64,000 bases of DNA from Alphaproteobacteria bacterium (GCA_965227515.1 CBDDFZ010000002.1:992001-1056000); one strand, 5' to 3'. Shown: positions 1-10,035, numbered from the stretch's first letter. Notes: a model not told the origin generated them from the letters alone. Numbers and translations: made by a program.

Positions 1-31
1 CGTTCACAAATCACGTGTTGGGGAGCGTTTG

Positions 32-826
32 ATGTCGAAGAAGAGACAGATGCGGGCCGGGGCCGTGCTGCCGATCGTGGCGGGCGCGGGCGTTGCGATG
101 ACCGGCTATTTCGTCGGCACGGTGCATACGGTCGCGGAACCGGCAGGGGCAAACCCCGAAGCGGCGCCGGCGATTCAACTGGCCCAGGCAACGCCATGTG
201 GCGTCGTCGGCGATGGCGTGGACTGCTACGTGCCGCGCCTGCGCGAGGCGGCCGAGGCGAACCCCGAGGCACACGTCGGCGGCGGGCCGTGCAGCCCGTG
301 CAACCCATGCGCTGGCGGCGCGGTGATCGAACTGACGCCGGAGGAAGCGGCCGACGCCTATGATTGCGCGCGCGATTATATCCGCGAGGCCTACATGGTG
401 TCCGGCGATCCGGTGGCCGCCGCCTACACCGACTACGACCTCTACAACACGGCGCCCTACTTGTCCGCGCTGCACGGATCGCGCTACGTCAACAACTACG
501 GCAACGACGTGGCGGCATCCTACGGCGAATGGGAAGACGGCGGCCCGATGGTGGTCGGCGGCATCCTGGCCAAGGACAGCTTCATCGTCGGCGGCGACGG
601 CACGGTCGGCCGTGGCCCGTTGTTCCTGATGGAGAAGATGGAGGCCGGATTCAATCCGGACAGCGACGACTGGAAATACACCATGATCCTGCCCGACGGG
701 AACGTGTTCGGCGAGACCAACGGCACCAGTTCGGACGCGGTCGGCTTCTGCATCAACTGTCATGTGGTGGCACCGGTCGACCATATGTTCTTCCTGCCGC
801 AGGATTTCCGGGTCTCCACCAACTGA
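32..826 (+). CDS. cytochrome P460 / c'-beta family periplasmic protein
   Basis: N-terminal hydrophobic segment; GGILAKDSF, GPLFLMEKM, DWKY motifs and a single C-terminal CINCH heme site typical of the P460 fold; PCSPCNPC low-complexity linker. ATG at 32. Confidence 0.75.
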   Translation: MSKKRQMRAGAVLPIVAGAGVAMTGYFVGTVHTVAEPAGANPEAAPAIQLAQATPCGVVGDGVDCYVPRLREAAEANPEAHVGGGPCSPCNPCAGGAVIELTPEEAADAYDCARDYIREAYMVSGDPVAAAYTDYDLYNTAPYLSALHGSRYVNNYGNDVAASYGEWEDGGPMVVGGILAKDSFIVGGDGTVGRGPLFLMEKMEAGFNPDSDDWKYTMILPDGNVFGETNGTSSDAVGFCINCHVVAPVDHMFFLPQDFRVSTN

Positions 827-836
827 GTTCTCGGCG

Positions 837-1697
837 ATGTTGGAACCGGGGCCGGCGGCCCATCGGCGGCAGCCCGCGCCGGCGGAGCGGGTAGTGGCGC
901 CTGAGGCCCCCCAGTCTTCGCAGGCCGCCCAGTCTGCCCAGGTGCCCGCCGCAGCCGCCACGCTGTCGCCTGCCGACCTCGATCTCGCGGCTCTGGGTGG
1001 CGACCGGTTGCGCGCCATGGCCGCCGCTGGCGACGAGGCTGTGCAATGGCAAGACGTGCTGGCGCGCACTGGCGACAACATCGTGGGCGAGGTGCTGCGC
1101 GGGCAGGGCACCTTCACCGAGTGGCAGCACTATCCCAAGGGCGACGTCTACGACAACGTCAGCCACGGGCAGTATTTCTATCATGCCCACGCCAAGGCCG
1201 AGCGCGCGCCCGGCGAACACGGCCACTTTCACGTCTTCCTGCGCGGCAAGGGGCTGCGCAAGGGCGCCAAGCCGCAGAGGGTTCCGGGCGAGAAACCACC
1301 GGCGAAAGATGTGGCGGCAAATCCCCCATGCCACCTGGTCGGCCTGTCGATGGACGCCAACGGCCACCTGATACGCCTGTTCACCGCCAACCGATGGGTC
1401 ACCGGCGAGACCTGGTATCCGGGTCGCGACGTGATCGCTGGCCTTGGCAGGTTCTCGATCGATCACGCACGGCCGTCATGGCCGGCCAATCGCTGGGTCA
1501 CGGCAGTGGTGGCCCTGTTCCAGCCCCACATCGCCGCACTCGTGCGCGCCCGCGACGATGCCGTGGCGGCATGGCGGAAGGCCAATCCAACCACGAACGT
1601 TTTCGAGGACAGGCAACTCGGCATCACCGCCGAGCTGTGGTCCAGTGTCGACGAGCAACGCGGCCGTGTCTCTGCCGCCCTTGGAGAGCACGGCTGA
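837..1697 (+). CDS. His-rich conserved hypothetical protein (DUF6969-like)
   Basis: HYPKGDVYD, YFYHAH, EHGHFHVF, HLVGLSMD, LFTANRWVTGE motifs; ATG at 837 just after the upstream stop; start uncertain. Confidence 0.65.
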   Translation: MLEPGPAAHRRQPAPAERVVAPEAPQSSQAAQSAQVPAAAATLSPADLDLAALGGDRLRAMAAAGDEAVQWQDVLARTGDNIVGEVLRGQGTFTEWQHYPKGDVYDNVSHGQYFYHAHAKAERAPGEHGHFHVFLRGKGLRKGAKPQRVPGEKPPAKDVAANPPCHLVGLSMDANGHLIRLFTANRWVTGETWYPGRDVIAGLGRFSIDHARPSWPANRWVTAVVALFQPHIAALVRARDDAVAAWRKANPTTNVFEDRQLGITAELWSSVDEQRGRVSAALGEHG

Positions 1698-2569
1698 TGC
1701 GGCTCAGTGCCACCATCGGTCTGGCGTTGACCGCGCTTGGCCATGCGGCGCTCGCCGATGACACCAACCTCGCGCAATTGGACGTGTCGGCGCTTGCCAT
1801 CGAAGGGCAGCCGACCGGGCACGTGTTTCGCGACACGCAGGCCGATGGCAGCCCTTGCCCGGACTGTCCGGACCTGGTCGTCGTTCCAGCCGGCAGCTTC
1901 GTGATCGGCTCGGCAAGCGAAGAGGCCGGCCGTCGCGGCAACGAGGGACCGCAAGTCGCCGTAACGATCACGCGGCCATTCGCGTTGGGCGTCCACGAAG
2001 TGACCTTCGCGCAATGGGATGCCTGTGTGGCTGCCGGTGGCTGCACACACAGTGCGGCCGACGAAACATGGGGACGCGGCGACCGTCCGGTGATCAACGT
2101 GTCGTGGCACGACGCGCAGGACTACGCCGCCTGGCTATCGGCGCTGACCGGTCACATCTATCGCCTGCCCAGCGAGGCGGAGTGGGAGTATGCCGCGCGC
2201 GGAGGGACCACAACGGCCTATTATTGGGGTGACGACCTGGGCGGCGGGCACACGGTTTGCGAGAGTTGCGGCAGTGAGTGGGACAACCGCAGCACGGCGC
2301 CGGTGGGCAGCTTCGCGCCCAACCCGTTCGGCCTGCACGACATGCTGGGCAATGCGTGGGAATGGACGGCCGATTGCTGGAACGACACCTATGAGGGCTT
2401 GCCCGGCGACGGCACGCCGAGACTGACCGGCGATTGCGACGGCCGCGTGCTGCGTGGGGGCTCGTGGTTCAATTTTCCGCACAATATCCGCGTTGCCATC
2501 CGTTTTCGCGGAGTCGTCGGCAACCGGTATCTCAGCAAGGGCTTGCGGGTCTTGCGCGAGATTGATTAG
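1697..2569 (+). CDS. formylglycine-generating enzyme (SUMF1/FGE-sulfatase) family protein, secreted
   Basis: TGATG overlap with upstream stop; signal peptide; EVTFAQW, PVINVSW, RLPSEAEWEYAARGG, NPFGLHDMLGNAWEW, RGGSW motifs. Confidence 0.88.
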   Translation: MRLSATIGLALTALGHAALADDTNLAQLDVSALAIEGQPTGHVFRDTQADGSPCPDCPDLVVVPAGSFVIGSASEEAGRRGNEGPQVAVTITRPFALGVHEVTFAQWDACVAAGGCTHSAADETWGRGDRPVINVSWHDAQDYAAWLSALTGHIYRLPSEAEWEYAARGGTTTAYYWGDDLGGGHTVCESCGSEWDNRSTAPVGSFAPNPFGLHDMLGNAWEWTADCWNDTYEGLPGDGTPRLTGDCDGRVLRGGSWFNFPHNIRVAIRFRGVVGNRYLSKGLRVLREID

Positions 2570-2701
2570 GGGTTGGCCGCGGCCAGTCTGGCCGCGTTGG
2601 CGGTCGGCCTCACCAGCTTGTGAACCTGTCCATCGTGCATCTGCGAAGGCGGCTGGCGGGCGCAAGTAGGCTGTACGATGGTGTGGATACACAACTGTGT
2701 A

Positions 2702-2729
2702 TTGACATTGGTCGGAATCAGGGCCTAAT
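2702..2729 (+). promoter_or_regulatory. putative sigma70 promoter of the small secreted protein gene
   Basis: TTGACA (2702-2707), 16 bp spacer, CCTAAT (2724-2729). Confidence 0.4.
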
Positions 2730-2823
2730 GGACCACTGAATGGCGGGGTTTGCGTTTTTGGCGCAGTGTGCCGAGCGGAAGCGTCGCAGCGTTCATGTAG
2801 ATTTGTGTGTTCAGGAGGGCCAG

Positions 2824-3123
2824 ATGATCAAGCAATTGGCTGCTATCGGCGGATGTGCGGCCTTGGCAGTGGCATTCTCTTTGCCGTCAAGCCAGGCATT
2901 TGCGCAAGCTTGCCCGCCAGGCCAAGCACCCAATGCCGACGGCATTTGCGTGCCGCTTGAGCCGGCAGCCGGCCCTGAGGATTTGGAGCCTGCGGCGGGC
3001 GGTGGCCCGGCCGCGACCGGTCCCTCACCCAATGAAGGCGGTTTCTTCCAGGAGGGTGAGCAGAACGAAGGTAGCGGCAACGGTTCGGTCCTGCCGGGCG
3101 GGACCGGGGGTGCCAGCACCTGA
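2824..3123 (+). CDS. small secreted Gly/Pro/Glu-rich protein
   Basis: GGAGGG RBS, signal peptide ending AFA, CPPG...GICVP Cys pair, repeated LEPAAG; followed by a terminator. Confidence 0.65.
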   Translation: MIKQLAAIGGCAALAVAFSLPSSQAFAQACPPGQAPNADGICVPLEPAAGPEDLEPAAGGGPAATGPSPNEGGFFQEGEQNEGSGNGSVLPGGTGGAST

Positions 3124-3200
3124 TAGCTGGCCGTCGCGCCTGAGGGCGCGTCCATTGTCAGGCCCGCGACCCAGAAAGGCGTCGCGGTCGCCTGCGAGCG

Positions 3201-3234
3201 AAGAGCCCGTTGCGGTCGAGCAGCGGGCTTTTTT
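3201..3234 (+). terminator. rho-independent terminator
   Basis: AGCCCGTTGC / GCAGCGGGCT stem (one G-U), GGTCGA loop, T-run. Confidence 0.75.
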
Positions 3235-3285
3235 GTGTTTTGCCGCCGGGGCCAATTGTCGAATGCGTAGCGCCGGTGCTGCGCC

Positions 3286-3894
3286 TCAAGTGCCGGGCCG
3301 CGCGTCACTGCCGGGCTCGGGCATCGGCTGGCAGGAGAGCCCAGGCGCGGCTTCGGCATTCGCGTCGTTCGAGGTCGCCGGATCGTTCCCGACCAGGAAC
3401 CGGCACAGGCGCTCCCTGAGGTCGCTCAGATTGCCGGCGTTCGGGGCCGTCGCGTAGCTATTGGCCAGCGCGGCGACAACATCGTCGGCGGGCCGTTCCA
3501 GATATAGAGCGACGATGGCGCGGTTCAGCCACGTGCGGTAGTTCGTTGGCTGGCGCGCCAGCGATGCGTCCAGCGCGGTCAATGCCTGCGCCGCCGCGTC
3601 GGCCGTGGCATCGGCGTCGTCGCCGGCTGCCAGCAGCATGGCGTAAACGCCATAGAGTCCATCGGCGCGGAATTGCAGATAGCGCCCGGACGGATCGGTC
3701 GCCTGGGCCGCATCCGCGCTTTCCACCATCAACTGCCAGCTTGTCAGGCTCAGGTCGCCAGGCGCCTCGGCGTAGGTGAACCACACCGCGGACGCCTCGA
3801 TCGATTGCAGGCCACCCATCGCCTGGCGTACGCCGAAAAAGGCGCCTGCCACAGCCGCGGCGCAACAGACCAACGAGACCAGGCGGCCGATCAC
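3286..3894 (-). CDS. membrane-anchored helical (TPR-like) hypothetical protein downstream of wzc
   Basis: GTG start with GAGG RBS, N-terminal hydrophobic helix, Ala-rich helices (SLARQPTNYRTWLNRA). Confidence 0.6.
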   Translation of the reverse strand: MIGRLVSLVCCAAAVAGAFFGVRQAMGGLQSIEASAVWFTYAEAPGDLSLTSWQLMVESADAAQATDPSGRYLQFRADGLYGVYAMLLAAGDDADATADAAAQALTALDASLARQPTNYRTWLNRAIVALYLERPADDVVAALANSYATAPNAGNLSDLRERLCRFLVGNDPATSNDANAEAAPGLSCQPMPEPGSDARPGT

Positions 3895-3936
3895 CCGTAC
3901 CTCGCCCGGTCGCTATGCGCCCGATGCCGGCGGGCG

Positions 3937-6120
3937 TCAGGCGCCGGCCGGGGCCTTCGCGCCATAGTAATACTTGTAGCGGTAGGCGTTGCCGCGCGCG
4001 CGGTCCATGGTCAGCACGGCGCCCAGCAGGTTGGCATCGAACAGGCGCAGGTCACGCAGGGCCTGTTCGACATCGTCCCTGCGCGTGGCATTCGCCTTCA
4101 CCAGGAACACGACGCCATCGACGAAAGGCATCAACGCCTTGCAGTCCGACACCGACAGGACCGGTGTGCTGTCGATGATGATCAGGTCGGCAGCGGTCTG
4201 CATCTGCCGGATAACGCGGTCGAAGACCTCCGGGCGCACGCCCGTATTGGAGCTGTTGGCGAACGGTCGCGTCGGCACGAAGATCAGGTTCTCCGTCGGC
4301 GACTCTCCGGACACGTGGCCGCCACCGGTGGCCAGGTCGTCATCGCCCGGCGCAAGGCTGCGCGTCAGCGTCTGCTTGCGCACGTCGGTGTCGATCAGCA
4401 CGGCGCGCAGTCCCGTCATCGCCGCCACGGACGCGATCATGGCGGCCGAGGTCGACTTGCCCTCGTTGGGCACCGACGATGTCAGAAGCACCGTCACCGC
4501 GCGCCCGGGCTCTCGCTTCTCCTTCATCAGGTTCAGCACCAGGGAGCGCGCGGCATCGGCCCATGGCGTGATCGGGTTTTGCCGCAGTTCCTGGACGATC
4601 TTCTCCAGATTGGTCTTGCGCACGAAGGGGAAGGTCGCCAGCGCTTTGAGCTGGCTCACGGCCTCCAGTTCGCGCACGCTGCGAATGCGCCGGTCCAGGG
4701 ACTCAAGCAGAATCACGGCGCCCAGGCCGATGATGCCGCCGATCAGGATGGCGACGGCGAACAGCAACGGGCGGTTGGGCTGTGACGGCTCGGTCGGCAC
4801 CGTGGCGCGCGACACGATGCGGGCGTCGGGCCGTTCGAAGTCGATCTGCTCGGTTTGGCGCAGCCGGTTCAGGAACAGCTCCAACACGGTTCGCGTCGCC
4901 TCGGCCTCCCGCTCCAGGGCGCGCAGGTCGACCATCTCCAGGTCCAACTGGGCCGCTTGGGTCTGCATCTCCGCCAGCCGCAAATTGACGAAGTCCAGCT
5001 TCTGGCGTGCGACTTCGACCCGGTTGGTCAGATAGGCACGCATCGCCGTCGTGAACTGCTCGGTAAATTCCTGCGACCGGGTCAACGCGGCGGAGGCATC
5101 GGGCGTCTCGCCGACCGGGCTAGTCTGCATGATGAAACGCCACTGGGCGATCACGGTCGCGGCCACCGCCGGCTCCATCGTCGACAGCACGTCGAAGAAG
5201 GAGGCCTCGTCGACGCCGTCCTCGATGGTCGCCAGCAGGGTTCGGGCATTGGACAGCTCGATCTCGGCGTCCACCGCCTCGATGCCCAACTGATGGATCA
5301 GGTCCTGCGCCAGCTCCGGCGAGACGCGGTCGACCAGCTCGGTATTGGCGCGATAGTCCTCCACCGCGCGCTCGGCTTCCAGCACGTCGACCCGCAACTG
5401 GGCCAGCCGCGACTGGAGCCAGTCGTTGGCCTGCTGGGTGGCATCCAGCTTCGCTTCCACCTGGCGCCGGATGTAGGTGTTGGCCAACGAGTTCGCGATT
5501 TGCGTGGCCAGGCGCGGGTCCAGCGAGGTCACGCCTACCTCGATCACCGTCGACAGCCCGAGTTGCCGCACGGTCAGGCGGTCGCGCAACGCATCTATCA
5601 CCGCGTTGAGCTGCATCGCGGCCACCTGCTCGGGATCTTCCGTCTCACCGGGCGTGCCGCCGGCCGATGCGTCGACCCAGCTGCTCTCGATGCCGAACCA
5701 GGAGGCAACGGTGTCGACGATGCCGCCACCCGCATTCAGGTGGCGGTTGAATTCCTCGACCTCGGTCAGGTTGAGGTCGACGGCGACCGTGCGCAGCAGC
5801 TCATCGGACGTCAGCAGCCGGATCTGCGTGTCCATGGTGGCGTTGTCGCCGCTGAGCCCGCTGACCACAGAATCGATGTCCACCACCCGTTGCTCGCGGG
5901 TCTCGATCATCAGGGTGGTTGCCGCGGTGAATTTCGCGGGCAGGCTGAGGATGATCAGCGCGCCGGCCAGCACGATGACGGCAACCACGGCGAGCAACAG
6001 CCAGATGCGCCGGCGCAGAACGGCCAGGATGTCGCGAAGCTGCAGGTCGCCCGCGCCGTTGGCCTTGGAGGATGGCGTGTCGGAGGACGCAACGCTCATG
6101 CGGCTCGCCAGTTGGTTCAT
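3937..6120 (-). CDS. wzc: polysaccharide co-polymerase / BY-kinase (Wzc/GumC/ExoP family)
   Basis: Two TM segments around a coiled-coil periplasmic domain, Walker A SSVPNEGKST, DTDVR, IIIDSTP, C-terminal Tyr cluster YRYKYYYG. Confidence 0.88.
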   Translation of the reverse strand: MNQLASRMSVASSDTPSSKANGAGDLQLRDILAVLRRRIWLLLAVVAVIVLAGALIILSLPAKFTAATTLMIETREQRVVDIDSVVSGLSGDNATMDTQIRLLTSDELLRTVAVDLNLTEVEEFNRHLNAGGGIVDTVASWFGIESSWVDASAGGTPGETEDPEQVAAMQLNAVIDALRDRLTVRQLGLSTVIEVGVTSLDPRLATQIANSLANTYIRRQVEAKLDATQQANDWLQSRLAQLRVDVLEAERAVEDYRANTELVDRVSPELAQDLIHQLGIEAVDAEIELSNARTLLATIEDGVDEASFFDVLSTMEPAVAATVIAQWRFIMQTSPVGETPDASAALTRSQEFTEQFTTAMRAYLTNRVEVARQKLDFVNLRLAEMQTQAAQLDLEMVDLRALEREAEATRTVLELFLNRLRQTEQIDFERPDARIVSRATVPTEPSQPNRPLLFAVAILIGGIIGLGAVILLESLDRRIRSVRELEAVSQLKALATFPFVRKTNLEKIVQELRQNPITPWADAARSLVLNLMKEKREPGRAVTVLLTSSVPNEGKSTSAAMIASVAAMTGLRAVLIDTDVRKQTLTRSLAPGDDDLATGGGHVSGESPTENLIFVPTRPFANSSNTGVRPEVFDRVIRQMQTAADLIIIDSTPVLSVSDCKALMPFVDGVVFLVKANATRRDDVEQALRDLRLFDANLLGAVLTMDRARGNAYRYKYYYGAKAPAGA

Positions 6121-6324
6121 GCGTCTGCCTGCTCCGTGCAAGTCCCGCGGGTAGGAAGCGATCCCGTCACATCCGCCGTGCGCGGGCGATATCGGGTGCT
6201 TCTGCGCCGGGCGGCCCAGGTGCAAGGCCGGATTTGAAGCCCATGCGCCTCACATAACCTTGTGTGCCATGCCCCATGCACATGTATGGAGCGAGTCGGT
6301 GCCACAGACACTCGTCAGTTGCAA

Positions 6325-6338
6325 TAAACAATTGTTTA
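6325..6338. promoter_or_regulatory. perfect 14-bp palindrome, candidate transcription-factor site upstream of wzc
   Basis: TAAACAATTGTTTA is self-complementary and lies in the AT-rich purH-wzc spacer. Confidence 0.45.
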
Positions 6339-6418
6339 GGAAGGCTGTTCCGGCGCCCCGTGACGTCACGTTTGCGCGACCGGCCCGCGGTTGGCTCTCG
6401 GCGGTGACTTCGGCGCCA

Positions 6419-7990
6419 TCAGTGCCGAAAGTGGCGGGTACCGGTGAACACCATGGCCATGCCACGCTGGTTGGCGGTCTCGATCACCGCGTCGTCGCGC
6501 TTGGCGCCGCCGGGCTGGATGGCGGCGGTGATGCCGGCCTCGGCGCAGATTTCCAGCCCGTCCGGGAACGGAAAGAACGCGTCGGAGGCCACAACCGCGC
6601 CTTGCAGACGGGCGTCGCCGGCTTCGGCGTCCGGCGCGGTGGAACGGGCGCGCTCCACGGCGATGCGCGCGGCGTCGACACGGCTGGTCTGGCCGCCGCC
6701 GATGCCGACGGTGGCCCCGTCGCGGGTCAGCACGATGGCATTCGACTTGACGTGCTTGGCCACGGTCTGCGCGAACAGCATGTCGGCGACCTCGCGCGCA
6801 TCGGGCTTTCGGTCGGTAACGGTATGCAGGTCGTCGGCGGTGGGCAGCGCGCTGTCTGTCGACTGCACCAGCAGCCCGTCGGACAGGGTGCGCACCGCCA
6901 TCGTCGGCGCGGAGGCGACGTCGCCGGTCAGCAGCACCCGCAGCGCCTTTTTCGCGGACAGGATCTCGCGCGCCTCAGGCGTCGCATCGGGTGCCACCAC
7001 GACCTCCAGGAACAGGTCGATCAGGGCGGTGGCGCTCGCGGCGTCGACCGGCCGGTTCAGCCCGACGATCCCGCCATAGGCGCTGATCGGGTCGGCGGCG
7101 ATGGCGGCCGCGGTCGCAGCCGCCAGATTGTCTGCAACCGCGACGCCGCACGGATTGGCGTGCTTGATGACGACGGCGGCCGGCTGGGGGAATTCGCGCA
7201 CCAGCGACAGGGCGGCATCGGCATCCAGCAGGTTGTTGTAGCTGATCGGCTTGCCCTGCACCTGCTCGGCATGGGCGACGCCGCCGGTGGCCGCGGTGGT
7301 GTAGAGCGCGGCCGACTGATGCGGGTTCTCGCCATAGCGCAGCTCGGCGGCGTGGGTGCCGGCCAGCACGAACTGGCGCGGCAGCAGATTGCCGGTCTGG
7401 CCGGCCAGCCACTGCGCGATCATCGCGTCGTAATGGCCGGTGTGGGCGAACGCGGTCTGCGCCAGGCGGCGGCGCGTGTCGGCGGACAACCCGCCGCTGG
7501 CGCCAATTTCTTCCAGCACGGCGTCGTAGTCGGCCGGATCGGTGATCACGCCGACCCCGTCCATGTTCTTGGCGGCGGCGCGGATCATCGCCGGCCCGCC
7601 GATGTCGATGGACTCGATACAGGCCTCCACATCGGCGCCACGCGCCATGGTCTGGCTGAACGGGTAGAGATTGACCACCACAAGGTCGATGGCGCCGATG
7701 CCGTGCTCGGCGAGCGTGTCCATGTGATCGGTCCGGTCGCGCCGGGCCAGGATGCCGCCATGGATGCTGGGGTGGAGGGTCTTCACCCGCCCGTCGAGCA
7801 TTTCGGGCGATCCGGTCACCTCGGCGACGTCTCGTATGTCGAGGCCCGCCGCCTTCAGCGCCTTGCCGGTGCCGCCGGTGGCGATCAGGCTGACGCCCGC
7901 GGCCGCCAGACCCTGGGCGAACGGCACCAGTCCCGCCTTGTCGGAGACCGAGAGCAGGGCGGTGCGCACAGGCCGGTGTGCGTCACTCAT
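6419..7990 (-). CDS. purH: bifunctional AICAR transformylase / IMP cyclohydrolase
   Basis: ALLSVSDK, GRVKTLHP, IDIGGP, LRYGENPHQ, KHANPCG, HVKSNA, SDAFFPF, C-terminal RHFRH. Confidence 0.97.
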   Translation of the reverse strand: MSDAHRPVRTALLSVSDKAGLVPFAQGLAAAGVSLIATGGTGKALKAAGLDIRDVAEVTGSPEMLDGRVKTLHPSIHGGILARRDRTDHMDTLAEHGIGAIDLVVVNLYPFSQTMARGADVEACIESIDIGGPAMIRAAAKNMDGVGVITDPADYDAVLEEIGASGGLSADTRRRLAQTAFAHTGHYDAMIAQWLAGQTGNLLPRQFVLAGTHAAELRYGENPHQSAALYTTAATGGVAHAEQVQGKPISYNNLLDADAALSLVREFPQPAAVVIKHANPCGVAVADNLAAATAAAIAADPISAYGGIVGLNRPVDAASATALIDLFLEVVVAPDATPEAREILSAKKALRVLLTGDVASAPTMAVRTLSDGLLVQSTDSALPTADDLHTVTDRKPDAREVADMLFAQTVAKHVKSNAIVLTRDGATVGIGGGQTSRVDAARIAVERARSTAPDAEAGDARLQGAVVASDAFFPFPDGLEICAEAGITAAIQPGGAKRDDAVIETANQRGMAMVFTGTRHFRH

Positions 7991-9972
7991 GCCCCGGTTT
8001 GCCCCAGGTCGGTCGAGGCTGGGGTGGTCGCGGTCCCGGCCGGCAGCGGGGGCGCGGCGGTCGCGTGCTGGAACTCGGGCACCGTGCGCTTTAAGAGCGC
8101 AAGGGCGCCGGCATCGTCGTCGGCGGCCACCAGGCGTTCCAGATCGTCGATCGCGCGCGCCAGCAGGGCACGGTCGGCGGCGCGTGGGCGGGCGACGCGG
8201 ATGGCCGCATTCTCGGTCGGGTCAAGCGATTCCATTTCGTGAAACAAATCCTCGGCAAGCCGTTCGCCAGGCCTGAGCCCGGTGATCTTGATTTCGATGT
8301 CGTGATCGGGCCGCAGGCCGGCCAGTTGGGCCATCCGCCGCGCCAGGTCCAGAATGCGGATCGGCTCGCCCATGTCCAGGACCATGATCCGCCCGGCCGG
8401 CGCATCGTCGCTGGCGGTGCCAAGGACGGACGCCTGCAACACCAGTTCCACCGCCTCGCGCACGGTCATGAAATAGCGCACCGCGTCCGGATGGGTCACG
8501 GTCAGCGGGCCGCCCGCGGCAAGCTGCTTCTGGAACAGCGGGACCACCGATCCGCTGGAGCCGAGCACGTTGCCGAACCTGACTGTGACGAAGCGTGGCG
8601 CGCGTTTCGCGCCCTCCGCCGCCGCGCCGGCGATATCCAGCGCCTGGCAATAGGCCTCGGCCAGCCGCTTGGTCGCGCCCATCACGCTGACCGGGTTCAC
8701 CGCCTTGTCGGTGGAGATCTGCACCATCGCGGCGACCCGGTGCTCAATGCACAGCTCGGCGACATTGCGCCCGCCGACGACATTGGTGGCCGCGCCCTGG
8801 GTCGGGTTCGCCTCCACCAGCGGCACGTGCTTCAGGGCGGCGGCGTGGAACACGATCTGCGGTGTATGCGCCTTGAACACGTGGTCCAGGCGGACCCGGT
8901 CGCGCACGTCGGCCAGCAGGGCGTGACGCGGCAGTCCGGGATGCAGGTCGCCGATCTGGCGGTCGATCTCGTAGAGATTGAACTCGGCATTGTCGACCAG
9001 GGTCAGCGATGCCGGGCCCAGTGCCGCGATCTGGCGGGTCAGTTCCGAGCCGATGGTGCCGCCGGCCCCCGTCACCAGCACCTGCCGGCCGGCGATCATG
9101 GCGCGCATGGCATCGCGGTCCAGCACCGCCTGCGGGCGGCCGAGCAGGTCCTCGATATCGACCGGCCGAAGCTGGATGGGGCTGTCGCCGCCGCGCTGGA
9201 ACTCGGTCAGTTCCGGCAGCCGAGCCAGTGTCATGCCATGGGCCTCGGCCAGGTCCAGCAGCTCGTTCATGATCGGGGCGGCCAGCCGCCGCTTGGTCAC
9301 GATCATGCGCTGCGGCTTCAGCCCGCGGGCCTGCAGCCGTTCGACCACCGAGGGCAGGGCGCTCAGGTCGCCCATCACCCGAATGTTGCGGATTTGCCGC
9401 CCGGTGCGGTTGCCCTTCTCGTCGATGATGCCGACGACCGTGTAGCCGGCGTTGCGGCGGCGCGAGAGATCGCGAATGAAGGTCTCGGTATCGTCGCCGG
9501 CACCCACCAGCAGCACCGGCGTCGGGCCCAGCGTGGTGCGCCGCCGCTCCAGCACGTGGCCGGCGTGCCGGTCCTTGAACAGGCGATAGAGCACGCGCGG
9601 GCCGGCCAGCAGCGCCAGCAGCACGAACCAGTTGATCAGCAGGGTTGAGCGCGGGATCGCGTCGAGCCGGTTGATCAGGAACATCACCGGCAGGAACAGC
9701 AGCAGGATCAGCGTGCCCGCCCGCGCGATGTTGATCATGTCGTCCAGCGACGCGTAGCGCCAAATGCCGCGATAGAGGCCGGAGAACCACAGCACCGGCG
9801 CGGCGACCAGCAGCAGCAGGCCGCCCGCGATCCAGAACGCCGTCCAGTCCCAAACAAACAGGCTGTTGCCGAGCCGCAGGTAGAGCGCCGCGACGAACGA
9901 GATGCCCACCATGACCATGTCGTGGGCAAAGGCCACGCTGGCGCGCTTGATGAGGCGGAGTGAGATGTTCAA
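7987..9972 (-). CDS. membrane-bound nucleoside-diphosphate sugar epimerase/dehydratase (CapD/PglF/WbpM family)
   Basis: Four N-terminal TM helices, TGAGGTIGSE, HAAALKHVP, STDKAVNP, RFGNVLGSSGSV, GLRPGE; TTG start uncertain; ATGA overlap with purH. Confidence 0.92.
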   Translation of the reverse strand: MNISLRLIKRASVAFAHDMVMVGISFVAALYLRLGNSLFVWDWTAFWIAGGLLLLVAAPVLWFSGLYRGIWRYASLDDMINIARAGTLILLLFLPVMFLINRLDAIPRSTLLINWFVLLALLAGPRVLYRLFKDRHAGHVLERRRTTLGPTPVLLVGAGDDTETFIRDLSRRRNAGYTVVGIIDEKGNRTGRQIRNIRVMGDLSALPSVVERLQARGLKPQRMIVTKRRLAAPIMNELLDLAEAHGMTLARLPELTEFQRGGDSPIQLRPVDIEDLLGRPQAVLDRDAMRAMIAGRQVLVTGAGGTIGSELTRQIAALGPASLTLVDNAEFNLYEIDRQIGDLHPGLPRHALLADVRDRVRLDHVFKAHTPQIVFHAAALKHVPLVEANPTQGAATNVVGGRNVAELCIEHRVAAMVQISTDKAVNPVSVMGATKRLAEAYCQALDIAGAAAEGAKRAPRFVTVRFGNVLGSSGSVVPLFQKQLAAGGPLTVTHPDAVRYFMTVREAVELVLQASVLGTASDDAPAGRIMVLDMGEPIRILDLARRMAQLAGLRPDHDIEIKITGLRPGERLAEDLFHEMESLDPTENAAIRVARPRAADRALLARAIDDLERLVAADDDAGALALLKRTVPEFQHATAAPPLPAGTATTPASTDLGQTGA

Positions 9973-10035
9973 GCCGTCACGATCCCGATTTGATGCGGCG
10001 CGTGCACACTAGCACAGCCGGTCGCGCCGTGTCAG

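Noticed and set aside
6290-6305. TGGCAC motif as a sigma54 promoter for wzc
   Set aside because: GG-to-GC spacing is 9 rather than the strict 10 bp.
6260-8242. Long alternative ORFs (e.g. 6260-8242, 25186-27339, 27147-30026, 59715-61220)
   Set aside because: Antisense or off-frame shadows of well-supported genes in GC-rich DNA, with Arg/Gly/Ala-rich translations and no motifs.
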